A stretch of DNA of 64,000 nucleotides, from NCBI GenBank assembly GCA_965204245.1, contig CBDBED010000007.1, forward strand, positions 119,535 to 183,534, given 5' to 3'. Shown here piece after piece: positions 63,752 to 64,000 of this stretch; position 1 is the first letter of the stretch; each line of letters opens with the position of its first letter. The stretch comes from Dehalococcoidia bacterium. Its GTDB lineage: Bacteria; Chloroflexota; Dehalococcoidia; Lucifugimonadales; JAAXIE01. The position numbers were made by a program, and so were the translations under genes. Below the pieces are notes generated by a model. The model was not told where the DNA came from and searched no databases. It saw nothing but the letters and a program-made list of their open reading frames with translations.

Positions 63752-64000
63752 TTAACGCAACAACACGGTCAGGGTGTATGAACCAGTGCCCCAACCTGAC
63801 ACCCCAACATAGTAGTCGCCCGAATTCGGGGCCTCCCAGACGATGCGAGATGCCAGAGTATCTCCAAAGTCGTCGTTGTATGCCACTTCCCATCCGTCGG
63901 AGTCCAGAAGTTCAGCCACCGAGTCCTCCAGTGTGCCCAAAGCCACGTCTATCTGGTAGGCCTGCCCGGCTTCCGCACTGAATTGGAAGAAGTCGGTGTC
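63752..64000 (-). CDS. C-terminal pre-peptidase (PPC) domain of a larger secreted protein (5' part outside the window)
   Basis: The frame is open to the window edge. DTDFFQFSAEAGQAYQIDV...LLDSDGWEVAYNDDFGDTLASRIVWEAPNSGDYYVGVSGWGTGSYTLTV matches the bacterial pre-peptidase C-terminal domain pattern. Confidence 0.7.
   Translation of the reverse strand, partial: DTDFFQFSAEAGQAYQIDVALGTLEDSVAELLDSDGWEVAYNDDFGDTLASRIVWEAPNSGDYYVGVSGWGTGSYTLTVLLR

Noticed and set aside
1-64000. Classical mobile element or genomic-island boundaries (integrase, transposase, tRNA-flanked direct repeats).
   Set aside because: I recognised none. The only duplication junctions found are those of the hicBA cassette at 60.1-62.1 kb.

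Overview
GC-rich prokaryotic chromosomal segment with about 70 protein-coding genes. I found no rRNA, tRNA, CRISPR array, transposase or integrase by eye. All family calls come from motif recognition on the supplied translations; no searches were run.

Most of the window is a paralogue-rich catabolic region:
- three Rieske non-haem-iron oxygenase alpha subunits, two of them in tandem
- two LigB-type extradiol dioxygenases and a BphB-like dihydrodiol dehydrogenase
- a 4,5-dihydroxyphthalate-decarboxylase-like protein
- two stand-alone xanthine-dehydrogenase-family molybdopterin large subunits
- six luciferase-like (LLM/F420) oxidoreductases
- two amidases, a large amidohydrolase, and six alpha/beta or dienelactone hydrolases
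- an isochorismatase, a gamma-glutamyltransferase, and two MetE-C-terminal-like methyltransferases
- two OsmC paralogues
- a TctCAB-type tripartite tricarboxylate transporter and an orphan family-5 solute-binding protein

This gene content resembles SAR202-type Chloroflexota or similar marine heterotrophs. That taxonomic guess is inference only. Housekeeping genes present are minCDE and cinA.

Accessory or selfish-looking elements:
- a 5'-truncated AAA ATPase plus DUF4276 pair at the left edge
- three hicB-hicA modules
- a DUF4258-like plus double DUF2283 module
- two Uma2 endonuclease paralogues
- an uncharacterised overlapping two-gene cassette at 54.5-55.3 kb

The most unusual structure is at 60.1-62.1 kb. 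A hicB-hicA cassette is tandemly duplicated at the start codon of an osmC paralogue. The first hicA copy is split by a perfect 14-bp tandem array (CCATGGCCCTTCAA, 32 identical units plus one degenerate unit). The array starts at the putative catalytic His codon and preserves the hicA reading frame.
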